Of a DNA stretch of 64,000 nt, positions 1 to 9,868 are shown one piece after another; position 1 is the stretch's first letter, and every line of letters starts with the position of its first letter. Below the pieces are notes generated by a model that saw only the letters and a list, made by a program, of their open reading frames with translations, was not told the origin of the DNA and ran no database searches. A program made the translations under genes and the position numbers. This DNA is from Muribaculaceae bacterium (GTDB lineage: Bacteria; Bacteroidota; Bacteroidia; Bacteroidales; Muribaculaceae). The stretch is taken from NCBI GenBank assembly GCA_022510425.1, contig JAFLTO010000003.1, positions 133,570 through 197,569 on the forward strand, written 5' to 3'.

Positions 1-713
1 TCGGCAATGCTGCTGATTATACTTTCATATTTGTTGGCAACATTACTTCTGAAGTTATCAATCCGCTGATTGAACAGTATATTGCATCCCTTCCGACAAA
101 AGAAGTTGTTGCACCTGTTTATAAGTCTGAAATCAATACAGCCGCAGGTCAGGTGAAGAACGAGTTCAAGCAGCCAATGGAAACTCCGGCTACTATGGTT
201 TACGATGTTTATTCACAAAACAATCTTCCTTTCACTGTTGAAAACGATATCATGGTTGATCTCGTTGGGGATATCATCGGTAATATCTTCACTGATACTC
301 TCCGTGAAGAGGAAGGAGGAACTTATTCACCTGCTGCTGGAGCGGTATACAATCCAAATTCAGGAGAATGGAACATCCTTTATATGTTCTCTACAAATGC
401 TGATCAACAAGCTAAATTGATCGAGAGGGCAGATTCTGAATTGATGAATCTCCTTCAGAACGGAGCCGACGAGGCTAATTTCAACAAAGCTAAGGAAGCA
501 ATGATCAAGCAATATGAAATCAATTCTCGCAAGAATGCTTATTGGAATGAAGCTTTGACGAGTCAGATGAGGTTCCCGCAGGCTGATTTCATTAATGATT
601 ATGCCAACACTTTGAATTCAATTACTTTGGATCAGTTCAACCAATTCATGAAGAATCTATACAATGGTAACAACCGTATTCAGGTAATCATGGAAGGTGT
701 TCAAGCTCAATAA
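1..713 (+). CDS. M16 (pitrilysin/insulinase) family peptidase, C-terminal part; 5' end lies outside the window
   Basis: Frame 3 is open from nt 3 (GNAADYTFIFVGN...), so the tracked GTG at 153 is internal. The sequence (..LREEEGGTYSPAAG.., ..NFNKAKEAMIKQYE..) resembles the non-catalytic C-terminal domain of M16 peptidases. The family call is from memory only. Confidence 0.55.
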   Translation, partial: GNAADYTFIFVGNITSEVINPLIEQYIASLPTKEVVAPVYKSEINTAAGQVKNEFKQPMETPATMVYDVYSQNNLPFTVENDIMVDLVGDIIGNIFTDTLREEEGGTYSPAAGAVYNPNSGEWNILYMFSTNADQQAKLIERADSELMNLLQNGADEANFNKAKEAMIKQYEINSRKNAYWNEALTSQMRFPQADFINDYANTLNSITLDQFNQFMKNLYNGNNRIQVIMEGVQAQ

Positions 714-734
714 AAAAATGAATCTATAATAATG

Positions 735-760
735 TAGGCACGTTCTTGCGGACGTGCCTA
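735..760 (+). terminator. Hairpin after the peptidase gene (9-bp stem TAGGCACGT / ACGTGCCTA, 8-nt loop)
   Basis: Perfect inverted repeat at 735-743 and 752-760, read directly, 22 nt after the stop at 713. The tracked GTG start at 754 lies inside it. Confidence 0.5.
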
Positions 761-786
761 TATCAATTTATTTAACTACTTCCACA

Positions 787-1878
787 ATGAAAAAAGCCCT
801 TATTACCGGTGTAACCGGGCAAGACGGTTCATTCCTTTCTGAATTCCTGTTAGAGAAGGGATATCATGTACATGGCGTAATCCGTCGTTCTTCAGTCGAC
901 TACCGGGAACGTATATCTCACCTTGAATCTAACCCTCATTTCCATCTTCACTATGCAGATATGGGAGATTCCATGTCTATTATCAGGGTTCTTAATCTTG
1001 TAAAACCTGACGAAATTTATAATCTTGCAGCTCAAAGCCATGTGCAGGTCAGCTTCGATTCTCCGGAATATACGGCTAACATTGATGCGACAGGAGTGTT
1101 ACGCATTTTGGAGGGTATGCGTCAATGTGGGCTCTCTGAATCATGCCGTTTTTATCAGGCTTCTACTTCAGAATTATATGGAAAGGTGGAATCTGTGCCG
1201 CAAAATGAAGAGACGCCGTTCCATCCTTATTCACCATATGCTGTGGCAAAGCTCTACGGATTTTGGATTGTAAAGGAATATCGGGAGGCTTACAATATGT
1301 TTGCCTGTTCGGGAATATTGTTCAATCATGAGAGCGAAAGAAGAGGGGAGACCTTTGTGACTCGCAAAATCACACTTGCTGCAGCTCGCATAGCACAGGG
1401 TAAACAGGAAAAACTATATCTCGGAAATCTGTCTTCTTTGCGCGATTGGGGTTATGCAAAAGATTACGTGGAATGTATGTGGCTCATACTTCAGCAACCT
1501 CAACCGGACGACTATGTTATAGCTACGGGACAACAACATTCGGTTCGTGAATTTTGTCTGCTTGCATTTAAACATGCCGGAATAGACCTTATTTTCGAAG
1601 GAGAAGGTGAAAATGAAAAGGGGATTGATGCAAAAACCGGGAAAGTCATCGTGGAAGTTTCCCCCGATTTTTATCGTCCGACAGATGTAGTCAATCTTCT
1701 CGGCGATCCCACCAAAGCAAAACGACAGTTGGGTTGGGATCCCTTAAAGAAAACATCATTCGAAGAATTGGTCAAACTTATGGTTGATGCCGATATGGCA
1801 AAAGTGGCTATAGAACGAGCCGGAGAACATGTTTCCAGAAATCTTGCCGAATATCTTGAACGTGGAATTGTAAAATAA
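787..1878 (+). CDS. gmd: GDP-mannose 4,6-dehydratase
   Basis: ATG at 787 gives [17 protein letters not shown] (Rossmann GxxGxxG). SDR YxxxK is present (YAVAK), as is the Gmd-type signature [15 protein letters not shown]. The tracked GTG at 754 is rejected because it sits inside the upstream hairpin. Confidence 0.93.
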   Translation: MKKALITGVTGQDGSFLSEFLLEKGYHVHGVIRRSSVDYRERISHLESNPHFHLHYADMGDSMSIIRVLNLVKPDEIYNLAAQSHVQVSFDSPEYTANIDATGVLRILEGMRQCGLSESCRFYQASTSELYGKVESVPQNEETPFHPYSPYAVAKLYGFWIVKEYREAYNMFACSGILFNHESERRGETFVTRKITLAAARIAQGKQEKLYLGNLSSLRDWGYAKDYVECMWLILQQPQPDDYVIATGQQHSVREFCLLAFKHAGIDLIFEGEGENEKGIDAKTGKVIVEVSPDFYRPTDVVNLLGDPTKAKRQLGWDPLKKTSFEELVKLMVDADMAKVAIERAGEHVSRNLAEYLERGIVK

Positions 1879-1904
1879 GCATACAGTAGAAATCATTTCT
1901 ATTA

Positions 1905-2837
1905 ATGGATATAAATAGTAAAATATACGTGGCCGGCCATAGAGGAATGGTAGGTTCTGCAATTGTCCGTGAATTAAAAAAACAAGGTTACCATAATATT
2001 TTAACCCGTTCACATACAGAACTGGATTTAACGGATCAAAAAGCAGTTAATGAATTTTTCGAAAAGGAGAAACCGGAATATGTTTTCCTTGCCGCCGCCA
2101 AGGTAGGAGGAATCATGGCCAATTCGCAGGCTCCGGCAGATTTTATGTATCAGAATATGATGCTCGAGATGAATGTTATTCATGCGGCATGGAAAAATGG
2201 GGTAAAAAAACTTGAATTTTTAGGGTCTTCTTGTATTTATCCTCGTTTAGCACCTCAGCCTATGACCGAATCTTGTCTGCTTACCTCAGCATTGGAACCT
2301 ACCAATGAGGCTTATGCTCTGGCTAAAATTTCAGGACTTAAATATTGTGAATATCTCAATCGGCAATATGGTATTGATTTCATATCTGTGATGCCTACAA
2401 ATCTATATGGACCTAATGATAATTACCACCCTGAAAATTCTCATGTTCTCCCGGCTTTGATAAGAAGATTTCACGAAGCTAAGGAAAAAGGTTTGGAATC
2501 CGTTACATGTTGGGGAGACGGGTCTCCCTATAGGGAATTCTTATATGTTGACGATCTTGCAAATCTTTGTGTTTTCCTTATGAATAATTATTCCGGAAAT
2601 GAAACGGTCAATGCAGGAACCGGAAAAGAAATCACAATTAAAGAATTGACTGAATTGATTGCCGGCATTGTTGGTTTCAATGGGAAAATCCTGTGGGACA
2701 CATCCAAACCTAACGGCACTCCCCGGAAATTGCTCGATGTCAGCAAGGCTACTGCTCTTGGTTGGGTTTATACTACAGATCTTCCTGCAGGTATCCGTCT
2801 GGCTTATTCCGATTATCTGGCAAAAATAAAGAAGTGA
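1905..2837 (+). CDS. fcl: GDP-L-fucose synthase (GDP-4-keto-6-deoxymannose 3,5-epimerase/4-reductase)
   Basis: [16 protein letters not shown] nucleotide-binding N-terminus, YALAKISG (YxxxK), [16 protein letters not shown]. It lies directly downstream of gmd. Confidence 0.92.
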   Translation: MDINSKIYVAGHRGMVGSAIVRELKKQGYHNILTRSHTELDLTDQKAVNEFFEKEKPEYVFLAAAKVGGIMANSQAPADFMYQNMMLEMNVIHAAWKNGVKKLEFLGSSCIYPRLAPQPMTESCLLTSALEPTNEAYALAKISGLKYCEYLNRQYGIDFISVMPTNLYGPNDNYHPENSHVLPALIRRFHEAKEKGLESVTCWGDGSPYREFLYVDDLANLCVFLMNNYSGNETVNAGTGKEITIKELTELIAGIVGFNGKILWDTSKPNGTPRKLLDVSKATALGWVYTTDLPAGIRLAYSDYLAKIKK

Positions 2838-2905
2838 GATTTCCAATCCACTTCTCTACTTGTTTATAGTTTATAGATTCTCCACATAAATGGAGGGGTA
2901 TAAGC

Positions 2906-4222
2906 TTAATCTCGTCCGTACAAGTCACGGGTATAAATTTTTTCTACCACATCTTCCAGTTCTTCATTAGATCTGTTTGCAAGGATAGCATCGCTTTCTT
3001 TCTTGAACTTGCTGAGATCGTTCACTATTAAACTTCCAAAGAAAGTGCTTCCGTCCTCAAGGGTCGGTTCATAGATAATCACTCTGGCACCTTTCGCTTT
3101 TATCCTTTTCATCACTCCTTGGATGGAACTCTGACGGAAATTATCGGAATTTGTTTTCATTGTCAACCGATAAACACCAATTGTGGCCGGTTTATCCTTT
3201 TCCGTACCTCTTTCCTTACCCTTGGAATAACTATACCACCCGGCTTTCTTCAAAATCTGGTCGGCGATGAAATCTTTCCTCGTCCGGTTACTTTCAACAA
3301 TGGCGCTCATCATATTCTGCGGAATGTCTGCATAATTGGCAAGCAATTGCTTGGTATCTTTAGGAAGACAATATCCGCCGTAACCGAATGAAGGATTGTT
3401 GTAATGTGTACCGATACGGGGATCAAGTCCGATACCCTCTATGATAGCCTTAGTGTTCAAACCCTTTATCTCGGCATAGGTATCCAATTCATTGAAATAA
3501 CTAACCCTGAGAGCCAAGTAAGTGTTGGCGAAAAGTTTCACCGCCTCTGCCTCTTTAAGCCCCATAAAAAGCACAGGAATATCCTCTTTCAATGCTCCCT
3601 CCTCAAGAAGCTTGGCAAAGGTTACAGCTGCCTCTTTCAAAGCGGGAAGGTCAGCTATGGCCTCAATAGCCTTGTTTTCCTGTGAGAATTCTTCTTTCTC
3701 GATAAGTTTGGGTATTCCGATTATAATTCTGGAAGGATAGAGGTTGTCATAAAGAGCCTTACTCTCTCTAAGAAATTCCGGAGAGAAAAGTAAGTTCAAT
3801 CTTTTAATGCCTTTTTCGTAATATTTGCGATAGATTGAACGACAGAAACCAACAGGAATAGTAGATTTGATGATTATGAAAGCCTTGGGGTTTAAATTCA
3901 CCACCTTTTCAATCACCTCTTCTACACTTGATGTGTCAAAATAGTTCCTTTCAGGATCGTAGTTGGTGGGTGTGGCCACTATAACGAAATTTGCATTCTT
4001 ATACGCTTCATCTGCATCCAATGTGGCTCGTAGATTCAGGTCTTTTTCGGCAAGATATCTTTCAATGTAATCATCCTTAATAGGACTGATATGATTGTTT
4101 ACCATTTTCACTTTTTCAGCCACCACATCCACTGCTGTCACATTGTTTTGTTGGGCTAAAAGAGTAGCTATAGACAGACCCACGTATCCTGTGCCCGCCA
4201 CTGCAATATTATATCCCTTCAT
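2906..4222 (-). CDS. ugd: UDP-glucose 6-dehydrogenase-type nucleotide-sugar dehydrogenase
   Basis: [13 protein letters not shown]-terminal Rossmann motif and the catalytic-Cys motif [11 protein letters not shown]; 438 aa. Exact sugar specificity cannot be determined by eye. Confidence 0.85.
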   Translation of the reverse strand: MKGYNIAVAGTGYVGLSIATLLAQQNNVTAVDVVAEKVKMVNNHISPIKDDYIERYLAEKDLNLRATLDADEAYKNANFVIVATPTNYDPERNYFDTSSVEEVIEKVVNLNPKAFIIIKSTIPVGFCRSIYRKYYEKGIKRLNLLFSPEFLRESKALYDNLYPSRIIIGIPKLIEKEEFSQENKAIEAIADLPALKEAAVTFAKLLEEGALKEDIPVLFMGLKEAEAVKLFANTYLALRVSYFNELDTYAEIKGLNTKAIIEGIGLDPRIGTHYNNPSFGYGGYCLPKDTKQLLANYADIPQNMMSAIVESNRTRKDFIADQILKKAGWYSYSKGKERGTEKDKPATIGVYRLTMKTNSDNFRQSSIQGVMKRIKAKGARVIIYEPTLEDGSTFFGSLIVNDLSKFKKESDAILANRSNEELEDVVEKIYTRDLYGRD

Positions 4223-4298
4223 TTCCTTTCAATTTCTTGCCCCAAAATTACCGAAAATCCCTCTATATCCCAAAATTTGCCCCTTAACCCCGAATTCC

Positions 4299-5840
4299 TT
4301 ATTTCAACTCTTCTACCGCTACATTAGGAGTATAATAGCCTTCCACAATATTTAGGAATTCAGCTTTCATAGACTCTAATTTTTCAGGTTCGGCCGCAGC
4401 TATATTATTGACTTGTCCCGGATCTTCTTTCACGTTGAACAGTCTGTAATCCAATTCGTTGCCCAATTCATTACCTGTCAAATTTGTCTTCGGACCCTTA
4501 TAGGGTGGTATCAATATGTAATCTCCTTGTCTCAGACCCATTTTTCCTTGTGCCTCGAATATGAGTTCAGATCTTCCTTCGTTGCTCTGACCTAAGAAAA
4601 CAGGCAGATAGTTGCGTGAATCCAATCCCTCAGGTATTTCTCCTCCCACGAGTTCTGCCAATGATGCGGCCAAGTCTATCTGACATACCAAGGCATCGCT
4701 AACTGCGGGCTCAATTTTCCCTTTCCAATATACGAATAAAGGCACTCTGGTTCCTCCGTCATAAAGGGAATATTTTCCACCTCTGAGGGGTCCTGCGGGT
4801 TTATGGTCGCCAAGCAGTTCTCTTGCATTGTCTTTATAGCCGTCGTCTAATACGGGACCATTGTCGCTGGAGAAGATTATCATTGTATTGTCTAAAAGAT
4901 TCAATGAGTCGAGATAATCCACAACTTCACCGACACACCAGTCGGCTTCTACGATCACGTCGCCTCTCGGCCCTAAATCCGTGGATCCAACAAATCTTGG
5001 ATGCGGAGCTCTTGGCACATGCGGTTGATGCAAACCATAATAGAGGAAAAATGGTTTGTCTTGATTTTCGTTGATGAAATCTTTAGCCTTATCAACAAAA
5101 TAATCAGCCATCTCTTCATCTACCCATTTAGCATCATTGCCACCTTTCATGAATCCTATTCGAGGTATTCCGTTAACGATTGAATTGTTGTGGCCGTGGC
5201 TCCATTCCATCTTGAGCATTTCAGGATTTGTCAATGCTGTGGGTTCCCCATCGAAATTATTATCGTAATCCACATAGATAGGATCGTTGGGATCTTGATT
5301 CACCACAACACCATTCTCTACAAAAACGGTTGGAACTCTGTCGTTGGTTGCTGCTATAATGCAAGAATAGTCGAATCCCACTTCTTTAGCTCCGGGACGT
5401 ATTGTATCGTTCCAGTCAGGATGACCTTCTCCCATTCCCAAGTGCCATTTGCCTATGGCTCCTGTGGTATAACCCGCCTGTTGCATCATCTGTGGCATTG
5501 TATAGTTATTAACATTTATGAGGAGGGGAGCGTCGCCGGGTAATATCTTTGCATCTTGGTTTTTCCAGGGATACATTCCCGTGAATAAAGCATATCTGCT
5601 GGGAGTGGAAGTAGCCGAAGTAGCATAGCCGTTTGTAAATCTTATACCATTGCATGCCAGCGAATCAAGTCTCGGTGTTGGAATAGCTTTGGCACCCGCA
5701 AATCCTACATCGCCGAATCCTAAGTCGTCGGCAAGTATCACTACTACATTAGGTTTGTCCGGATTGTTGTTTTTTGTTTCTGCCTGGCTTACGCCTCCTA
5801 TCGCTGTCAAGGCAGCCAAAGGCATGATAGTTTTTCTCAT
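4299..5840 (-). CDS. S1-family sulfatase, Ser-type (formylglycine position is Ser)
   Basis: PNVVVILADDLGFGD metal-binding N-terminus. The sulfatase signature reads S-T-P-S-R-YAL-FTG (plus-strand nt 5595-5609), so Ser replaces the usual Cys. I prefer the ATG at 5840 (MRKTIMPLAALTAIGG.., a typical signal peptide) over the tracked 5873. Confidence 0.88.
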   Translation of the reverse strand: MRKTIMPLAALTAIGGVSQAETKNNNPDKPNVVVILADDLGFGDVGFAGAKAIPTPRLDSLACNGIRFTNGYATSATSTPSRYALFTGMYPWKNQDAKILPGDAPLLINVNNYTMPQMMQQAGYTTGAIGKWHLGMGEGHPDWNDTIRPGAKEVGFDYSCIIAATNDRVPTVFVENGVVVNQDPNDPIYVDYDNNFDGEPTALTNPEMLKMEWSHGHNNSIVNGIPRIGFMKGGNDAKWVDEEMADYFVDKAKDFINENQDKPFFLYYGLHQPHVPRAPHPRFVGSTDLGPRGDVIVEADWCVGEVVDYLDSLNLLDNTMIIFSSDNGPVLDDGYKDNARELLGDHKPAGPLRGGKYSLYDGGTRVPLFVYWKGKIEPAVSDALVCQIDLAASLAELVGGEIPEGLDSRNYLPVFLGQSNEGRSELIFEAQGKMGLRQGDYILIPPYKGPKTNLTGNELGNELDYRLFNVKEDPGQVNNIAAAEPEKLESMKAEFLNIVEGYYTPNVAVEELK

Positions 5841-5962
5841 ATAAAATATTTTAAGGTTATTGATATCTTTCATGAATCCCTCAACCCTTCTCCTTTATTA
5901 CTTATCTTTCGCAAATTAATAAAAATTTTCCGAAAAATAAAAGATTATTCGTTGGAAATAAT

Positions 5963-5970
5963 TATTTTTG
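5963..5970 (+). promoter_or_regulatory. Candidate Bacteroides-type -7 box TATTTTTG
   Basis: Matches the TAnnTTTG consensus 29 nt upstream of the ATG at 5999. No clear -33 TTTG at the expected spacing. Confidence 0.4.
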
Positions 5971-5998
5971 TTGAGACTTCACTTAAAAATCTCACCCC

Positions 5999-8230
5999 AT
6001 GAAAATTCGTCTGTTTGTTGTTTCGGTTCTAACGATACTTTCTGCTTTCTGCATTGAAGTATATGCTCAAGTTTTGAACAGGGCTTTGGAATTCTCGGAT
6101 TCCGGATATGTGGATTGCGGTTATTTGCCGGAAATGGAAGGAAAGGATTCTTATTCCTTACAATTCTGGATGAAACCCTTCAAATGGATTTCAGGGGCTT
6201 CTATAATTTCATATGGAGATGATTTCTCTGTTAAATTGGCCGACCCTGATCAAATTATAATTCATTCCGGTAAAAAAAATTTAAAAGTCACTTCTTCTGA
6301 ACTGAAACCGAATGAATGGACCCAGGTAACGATTATTTGTAATCAGGGAGAAACTGAAGTATTAATAGATGGTTCTGAAGCCGCTAAAGGAAATCTATCT
6401 GCCATAACAACCAACGGTTCTCATCCGTCTTTTATAATAGGAGGAGGTTTTGATGGAATGATAGATGAGGTGCGGGTGTGGGATGATGCACTTAACGATG
6501 AGATGAAATCTTTCGATTATTTCACCCGCAACACATTAAACAAGCATAATCCGATGTGGTCAAATCTTGTGGCATACTACAAGATGGACCAACCCGATTG
6601 CCCCAATCTTGTGGAATACAAGATTATTGATTCTCCCGACGCTGAATATAATAATCACGGTATATTTTATGGTGATGTAAAAAGGGTAGAGGCTGACAAT
6701 CCTAAATTACCTTATCTTATAAATTCAGCTTATACTGAGAATCCACGTTTTTATTATTGTGTCACTCCCCAAGATCAATACCTTCTTCATAATGAATTGA
6801 TAATACTCGGCTCAGATGTATATGCCGAGGATGGTCGTATTGAAACCAAAACCCCCAATAATCATGCAATTAATTTTATAAATACCTCTTATATTCCCAA
6901 ATTCGAGGGGAGAAACGGTATTTTACAGCTTCATGGAGATAAAGATTCTTATTTTTCAATACCGGCTAAAACCGTTAAATCCGATAAGAACTTCACAATA
7001 GAGGCGTGGCTATATCTTGATGATATAAACACTGACGAAAGCAGTTTACCCACTAAAGAATGGTTCCATTTGGCAATATCATCGGATGAAGAAAACCAAT
7101 TAGGTGGTATCTCTTATTATATAAATGGAGTAAAGGTGGATGGAGAAAATCTAAATATTAATTTAGGAGCAAGTAGAGATTCTGAAAATCCGGATGAAAT
7201 TTTAATAGGTAAAGATTTCAAAGGGAAAATCGATGAATTGGTTATATGGAACGAAGGTTTCTCTCTAAAAGATATCAAAGATCATTATGAAAAAGGTATT
7301 CCGTCTCCCGGATATGGTTACCCTGTGAGCCGGGAAATTATGAATGCCGTAGGCGCTTATTATAAATTCGATGATGAAAACAATCAGGGTCACAGTTACC
7401 ATTCTCAGGATGAATGGCTTAATATCATGAAAAAGAATTATGAGGGCCGACAAGGTATAAAATACTTTATTTCCGTGCAAGGCACTTATAGAGTACGCGA
7501 TAAATACGGCGATTGGAGGGAAATCCTTGAATCATCAGAAAAACGGCACCGTTTCGCTAATGATTTAGCCGAAATATCTAAAAATTATGATGGTGCCGAA
7601 CTAGATTTGGAGTGGATAGAAACTCCGGAACTATGGGAACATTTCGGCCTTCTGGCACAAGCTATCCGTGAAGCAATGCCCGATGACAAACAATTCAGAA
7701 TCTCATTGCATAATAATTTCACCGCCTTTCCTCAAGATAAGATGAAATATGTGGATGGTTTCACATTCCAGCAATATGGTCCGCAAGCCTCCAATTTCAG
7801 TTATCAGAATTTCCTTGATAATGTCAAAAAATTTGAAGGTCTTTATGAACCCAAGAAGATAATGACTTCTTATTCCACTACCACTTCTCGAGGCTCCGAG
7901 GGTTCTCCGGTTAGATTAATAAAAGGAGAACCGCTCAACAATTATTCTCCTAATTATGAAGATCAGGATTCTTTTACTATAGGAGAGGAGACCTGGAAAT
8001 TTATGGGACCGATGCAAGTCTATCGTCGTGCCAAACAAACGCGGGAAGAAAATCTTCTTGGAATTTTCTATTGGGTGATCGGTGACGACAATTGGAACGA
8101 AGAAAACGGAGATTTGAAAATAGCCCCAAACAATCAAGCCAAATATAGCTCTTTCGGTATCAACGCCAACAACGACCCCTACATTCCCTCGGTTAAGGTA
8201 AATCACCCCAAAAACACTGAATCACGATAA
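5999..8230 (+). CDS. Secreted LamG(x2, second shortened)-GH18-like protein, paralog 1; no T9SS tail
   Basis: Signal peptide ..EVYA|QVLNRALEF. LamG/concanavalin-like hallmarks are present (SYSLQFWMKP.., MIDEVRVWDDAL; KGKIDELVIWNEGF). The C-terminal TIM-barrel-like region carries YDGAELDLEW (7589-7615), FTFQQYG and GIFYW, which resemble GH18 motifs. It is colinear with 11506-13986 and with the C-terminus of 14173-22452. Confidence 0.75.
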   Translation: MKIRLFVVSVLTILSAFCIEVYAQVLNRALEFSDSGYVDCGYLPEMEGKDSYSLQFWMKPFKWISGASIISYGDDFSVKLADPDQIIIHSGKKNLKVTSSELKPNEWTQVTIICNQGETEVLIDGSEAAKGNLSAITTNGSHPSFIIGGGFDGMIDEVRVWDDALNDEMKSFDYFTRNTLNKHNPMWSNLVAYYKMDQPDCPNLVEYKIIDSPDAEYNNHGIFYGDVKRVEADNPKLPYLINSAYTENPRFYYCVTPQDQYLLHNELIILGSDVYAEDGRIETKTPNNHAINFINTSYIPKFEGRNGILQLHGDKDSYFSIPAKTVKSDKNFTIEAWLYLDDINTDESSLPTKEWFHLAISSDEENQLGGISYYINGVKVDGENLNINLGASRDSENPDEILIGKDFKGKIDELVIWNEGFSLKDIKDHYEKGIPSPGYGYPVSREIMNAVGAYYKFDDENNQGHSYHSQDEWLNIMKKNYEGRQGIKYFISVQGTYRVRDKYGDWREILESSEKRHRFANDLAEISKNYDGAELDLEWIETPELWEHFGLLAQAIREAMPDDKQFRISLHNNFTAFPQDKMKYVDGFTFQQYGPQASNFSYQNFLDNVKKFEGLYEPKKIMTSYSTTTSRGSEGSPVRLIKGEPLNNYSPNYEDQDSFTIGEETWKFMGPMQVYRRAKQTREENLLGIFYWVIGDDNWNEENGDLKIAPNNQAKYSSFGINANNDPYIPSVKVNHPKNTESR

Positions 8231-8245
8231 ATAGTGATGCTTCCT

Positions 8246-8273
8246 GATAAATCAAGATGAAACTTGATTTATC
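8246..8273 (+). terminator. Hairpin after paralog 1 (11-bp stem GATAAATCAAG / CTTGATTTATC, 6-nt loop)
   Basis: Perfect inverted repeat at 8246-8256 and 8263-8273, 16 nt after the stop. Confidence 0.55.
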
Positions 8274-8377
8274 GAGTTTCTTAGGGGTTCCTCAATTTCC
8301 CGGGAGTTTAATCGGGAGTAATCAAGCAAATTTTCAATAGCAGTCAAAAAGATTCCTTAAATAAAATCCTTTTATTT

Positions 8378-8408
8378 TTTGATTATTAAAAAAAATTGTC
8401 TATATTTG
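8378..8408 (+). promoter_or_regulatory. Candidate promoter: -33 TTTG (8378-8381) and -7 TATATTTG (8401-8408)
   Basis: Both elements of the published Bacteroides consensus (TTTG, about 19-21 nt, TAnnTTTG) are present with a 19-nt spacer. This implies a ~150-nt leader before the ATG at 8560. Confidence 0.55.
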
Positions 8409-8559
8409 AACTTTAAAGGAAAGTAATTACCTCGGTGAGCTTAGTCTGTTAAAAACTTATTTATCGCATATCCAGATAAGTAAACAAAAACTTACAACAG
8501 CTTCACGACGTCACTATCAATAACAATAACAACAATAACATAATTAATCTTAAAGCAAA

Positions 8560-9783
8560 ATGCTTATGAAAAAATCATTACTTTTAACTATGGCCCTTTT
8601 GGGTGGTATGTGCGCTTATGCACAAGCACCGACAGGTGGTACTGACGTTACACCTGCCGGCTACAAATTCGGAGAAGTCAAACAAATTCCTTGGTATGAT
8701 AATGGTTTTGGAGCTAACGGCTATGGGTTTACTTCAGCCGCCAATTTCACAACCAGTAGCCGTGCCGGAAAAGGTGTATGGACTGTCCTTGGTTCTTCTG
8801 CTCAGGAATATTGGGATGCCAACAACGGTCTTATGGGATGCGCATGGGTTGCAGACGAGGAAATGATGAATCAGATACTTGAAGGTTGTCAACTTGTTGA
8901 CCTCGGTGGAGAAGTAGGTCAAGTGTTCTGCTGGCAAGGTAGATATTCCAATCTGAAAGAACAACTACAGGAAAATTATCCTAATGAGAATTGGGATAAC
9001 ATTCCTGACCCGATCGACACAAACGTAAAACAAGGTTGGAACTTCAACGTTTGGTTGAATCCTAATCAAGTTTGGACAAAAGGTATGGGTTTCTATCGTT
9101 TCCGTATGGTCATGAACGCTCTTCATAATGTACCTGAAGATCTTATCGATGAAAGCGACAGCAGCACTTTGCCTTTCAGAGGTCAAGCTATCTTCAAGGA
9201 AATGTATCAGGTGAACAACCAAGGCAATAACACTTCTTTCATCTATACGGGAGAAGTTAACGAAGAGGGGGAAAAAGTTAATACATCCATACGTGACGGT
9301 TGGGACAATGGTTCTGTAATGACTCCTATCACCAACGATCTTTTCGTTAAGAGATTTGAAGACGGCGCCGTAATGGAAAATGATTATGGCGACCCGATGT
9401 GGGACCCCACAAAATGGATTGTTGTTGACTATTACTTCAATGTTGCCGGTAACGACAAGGGTGTTGATGAAAACGGTGATGCTACTACTCCGGTACGTAT
9501 TAAGTTCAATACCGATGTTTTTATGAACTATCACGCTGTGCTTATCAAGGAATTCTCTGTAACCCAGTTTGACGGTGAATTGACCCAGGATATCTATGAC
9601 CTCAACAAATTGTCATATCCGGAATTGACTCTGACACCGGGTGTTGCAGGCGTGCAAGGAATCATCGACGATTACAATGCTCCTGTTGAATACTATAACC
9701 TCCAAGGTATGAAGGTTGCTAATCCTGAAAAGGGTATCTTCATCAAGAAACAAGGAAAGAAATCAACTAAGGTCGTATTATAA
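8560..9783 (+). CDS. T9SS-sorted secreted protein carrying one copy of an unassigned module ('domain X', subtype b)
   Basis: Signal peptide ..CAYA|QAPTGG (the ATG at 8566, MKKSLLL, is equally possible). Domain X motifs: DVTPAGYKF, LVDLGGEVGQVF, WDPTKW (9400-9417), LIKEFSVTQ. The C-terminal tail PVEYYNLQGMKVANPEKGIFIKKQGKKSTKVVL looks like a type-A T9SS C-terminal domain. Confidence 0.75.
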   Translation: MLMKKSLLLTMALLGGMCAYAQAPTGGTDVTPAGYKFGEVKQIPWYDNGFGANGYGFTSAANFTTSSRAGKGVWTVLGSSAQEYWDANNGLMGCAWVADEEMMNQILEGCQLVDLGGEVGQVFCWQGRYSNLKEQLQENYPNENWDNIPDPIDTNVKQGWNFNVWLNPNQVWTKGMGFYRFRMVMNALHNVPEDLIDESDSSTLPFRGQAIFKEMYQVNNQGNNTSFIYTGEVNEEGEKVNTSIRDGWDNGSVMTPITNDLFVKRFEDGAVMENDYGDPMWDPTKWIVVDYYFNVAGNDKGVDENGDATTPVRIKFNTDVFMNYHAVLIKEFSVTQFDGELTQDIYDLNKLSYPELTLTPGVAGVQGIIDDYNAPVEYYNLQGMKVANPEKGIFIKKQGKKSTKVVL

Positions 9784-9794
9784 TGAAATAAATT

Positions 9795-9826
9795 ATGTTC
9801 TTGGAGAAAAATTTCTCCAAGAACAT
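9795..9826 (+). terminator. Hairpin (12-bp stem ATGTTCTTGGAG / CTCCAAGAACAT, 8-nt A/T loop)
   Basis: Perfect inverted repeat at 9795-9806 and 9815-9826, followed by TTCGATTTT. Confidence 0.55.
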
Positions 9827-9868
9827 TTCGATTTTAATAACTAACCAATAAACAAATCTATCTAACAA

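Noticed and set aside
754-786. Tracked GTG start extending gmd by 11 codons ([11 protein letters not shown])
   Set aside because: The extension lies inside or just after the terminator hairpin at 735-760 and adds no recognisable sequence. The ATG at 787 gives the canonical [16 protein letters not shown]-terminus.
5841-5873. Longer start for the first sulfatase (MKDINNLKIFY...)
   Set aside because: The ATG at 5840 yields a standard signal peptide (MRKTIMPLAALTAIGG). The extra 11 residues have no signal-peptide character. This is not proven either way.
8231-8559. Possible invertible (phase-variable) promoter upstream of the T9SS-cargo genes, as known for Bacteroides surface loci
   Set aside because: I looked for long inverted repeats flanking the promoter at 8378-8408. 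The only good inverted repeat is the local terminator hairpin at 8246-8273. The other matches are at most 6 bp, and no recombinase gene is nearby.
8965-9534. 189-aa antisense ORF inside the 407-aa gene
   Set aside because: It lies fully within a plus-strand ORF that has a signal peptide, conserved motifs and a sorting tail. The antisense translation is low-complexity, with no motifs or promoter.
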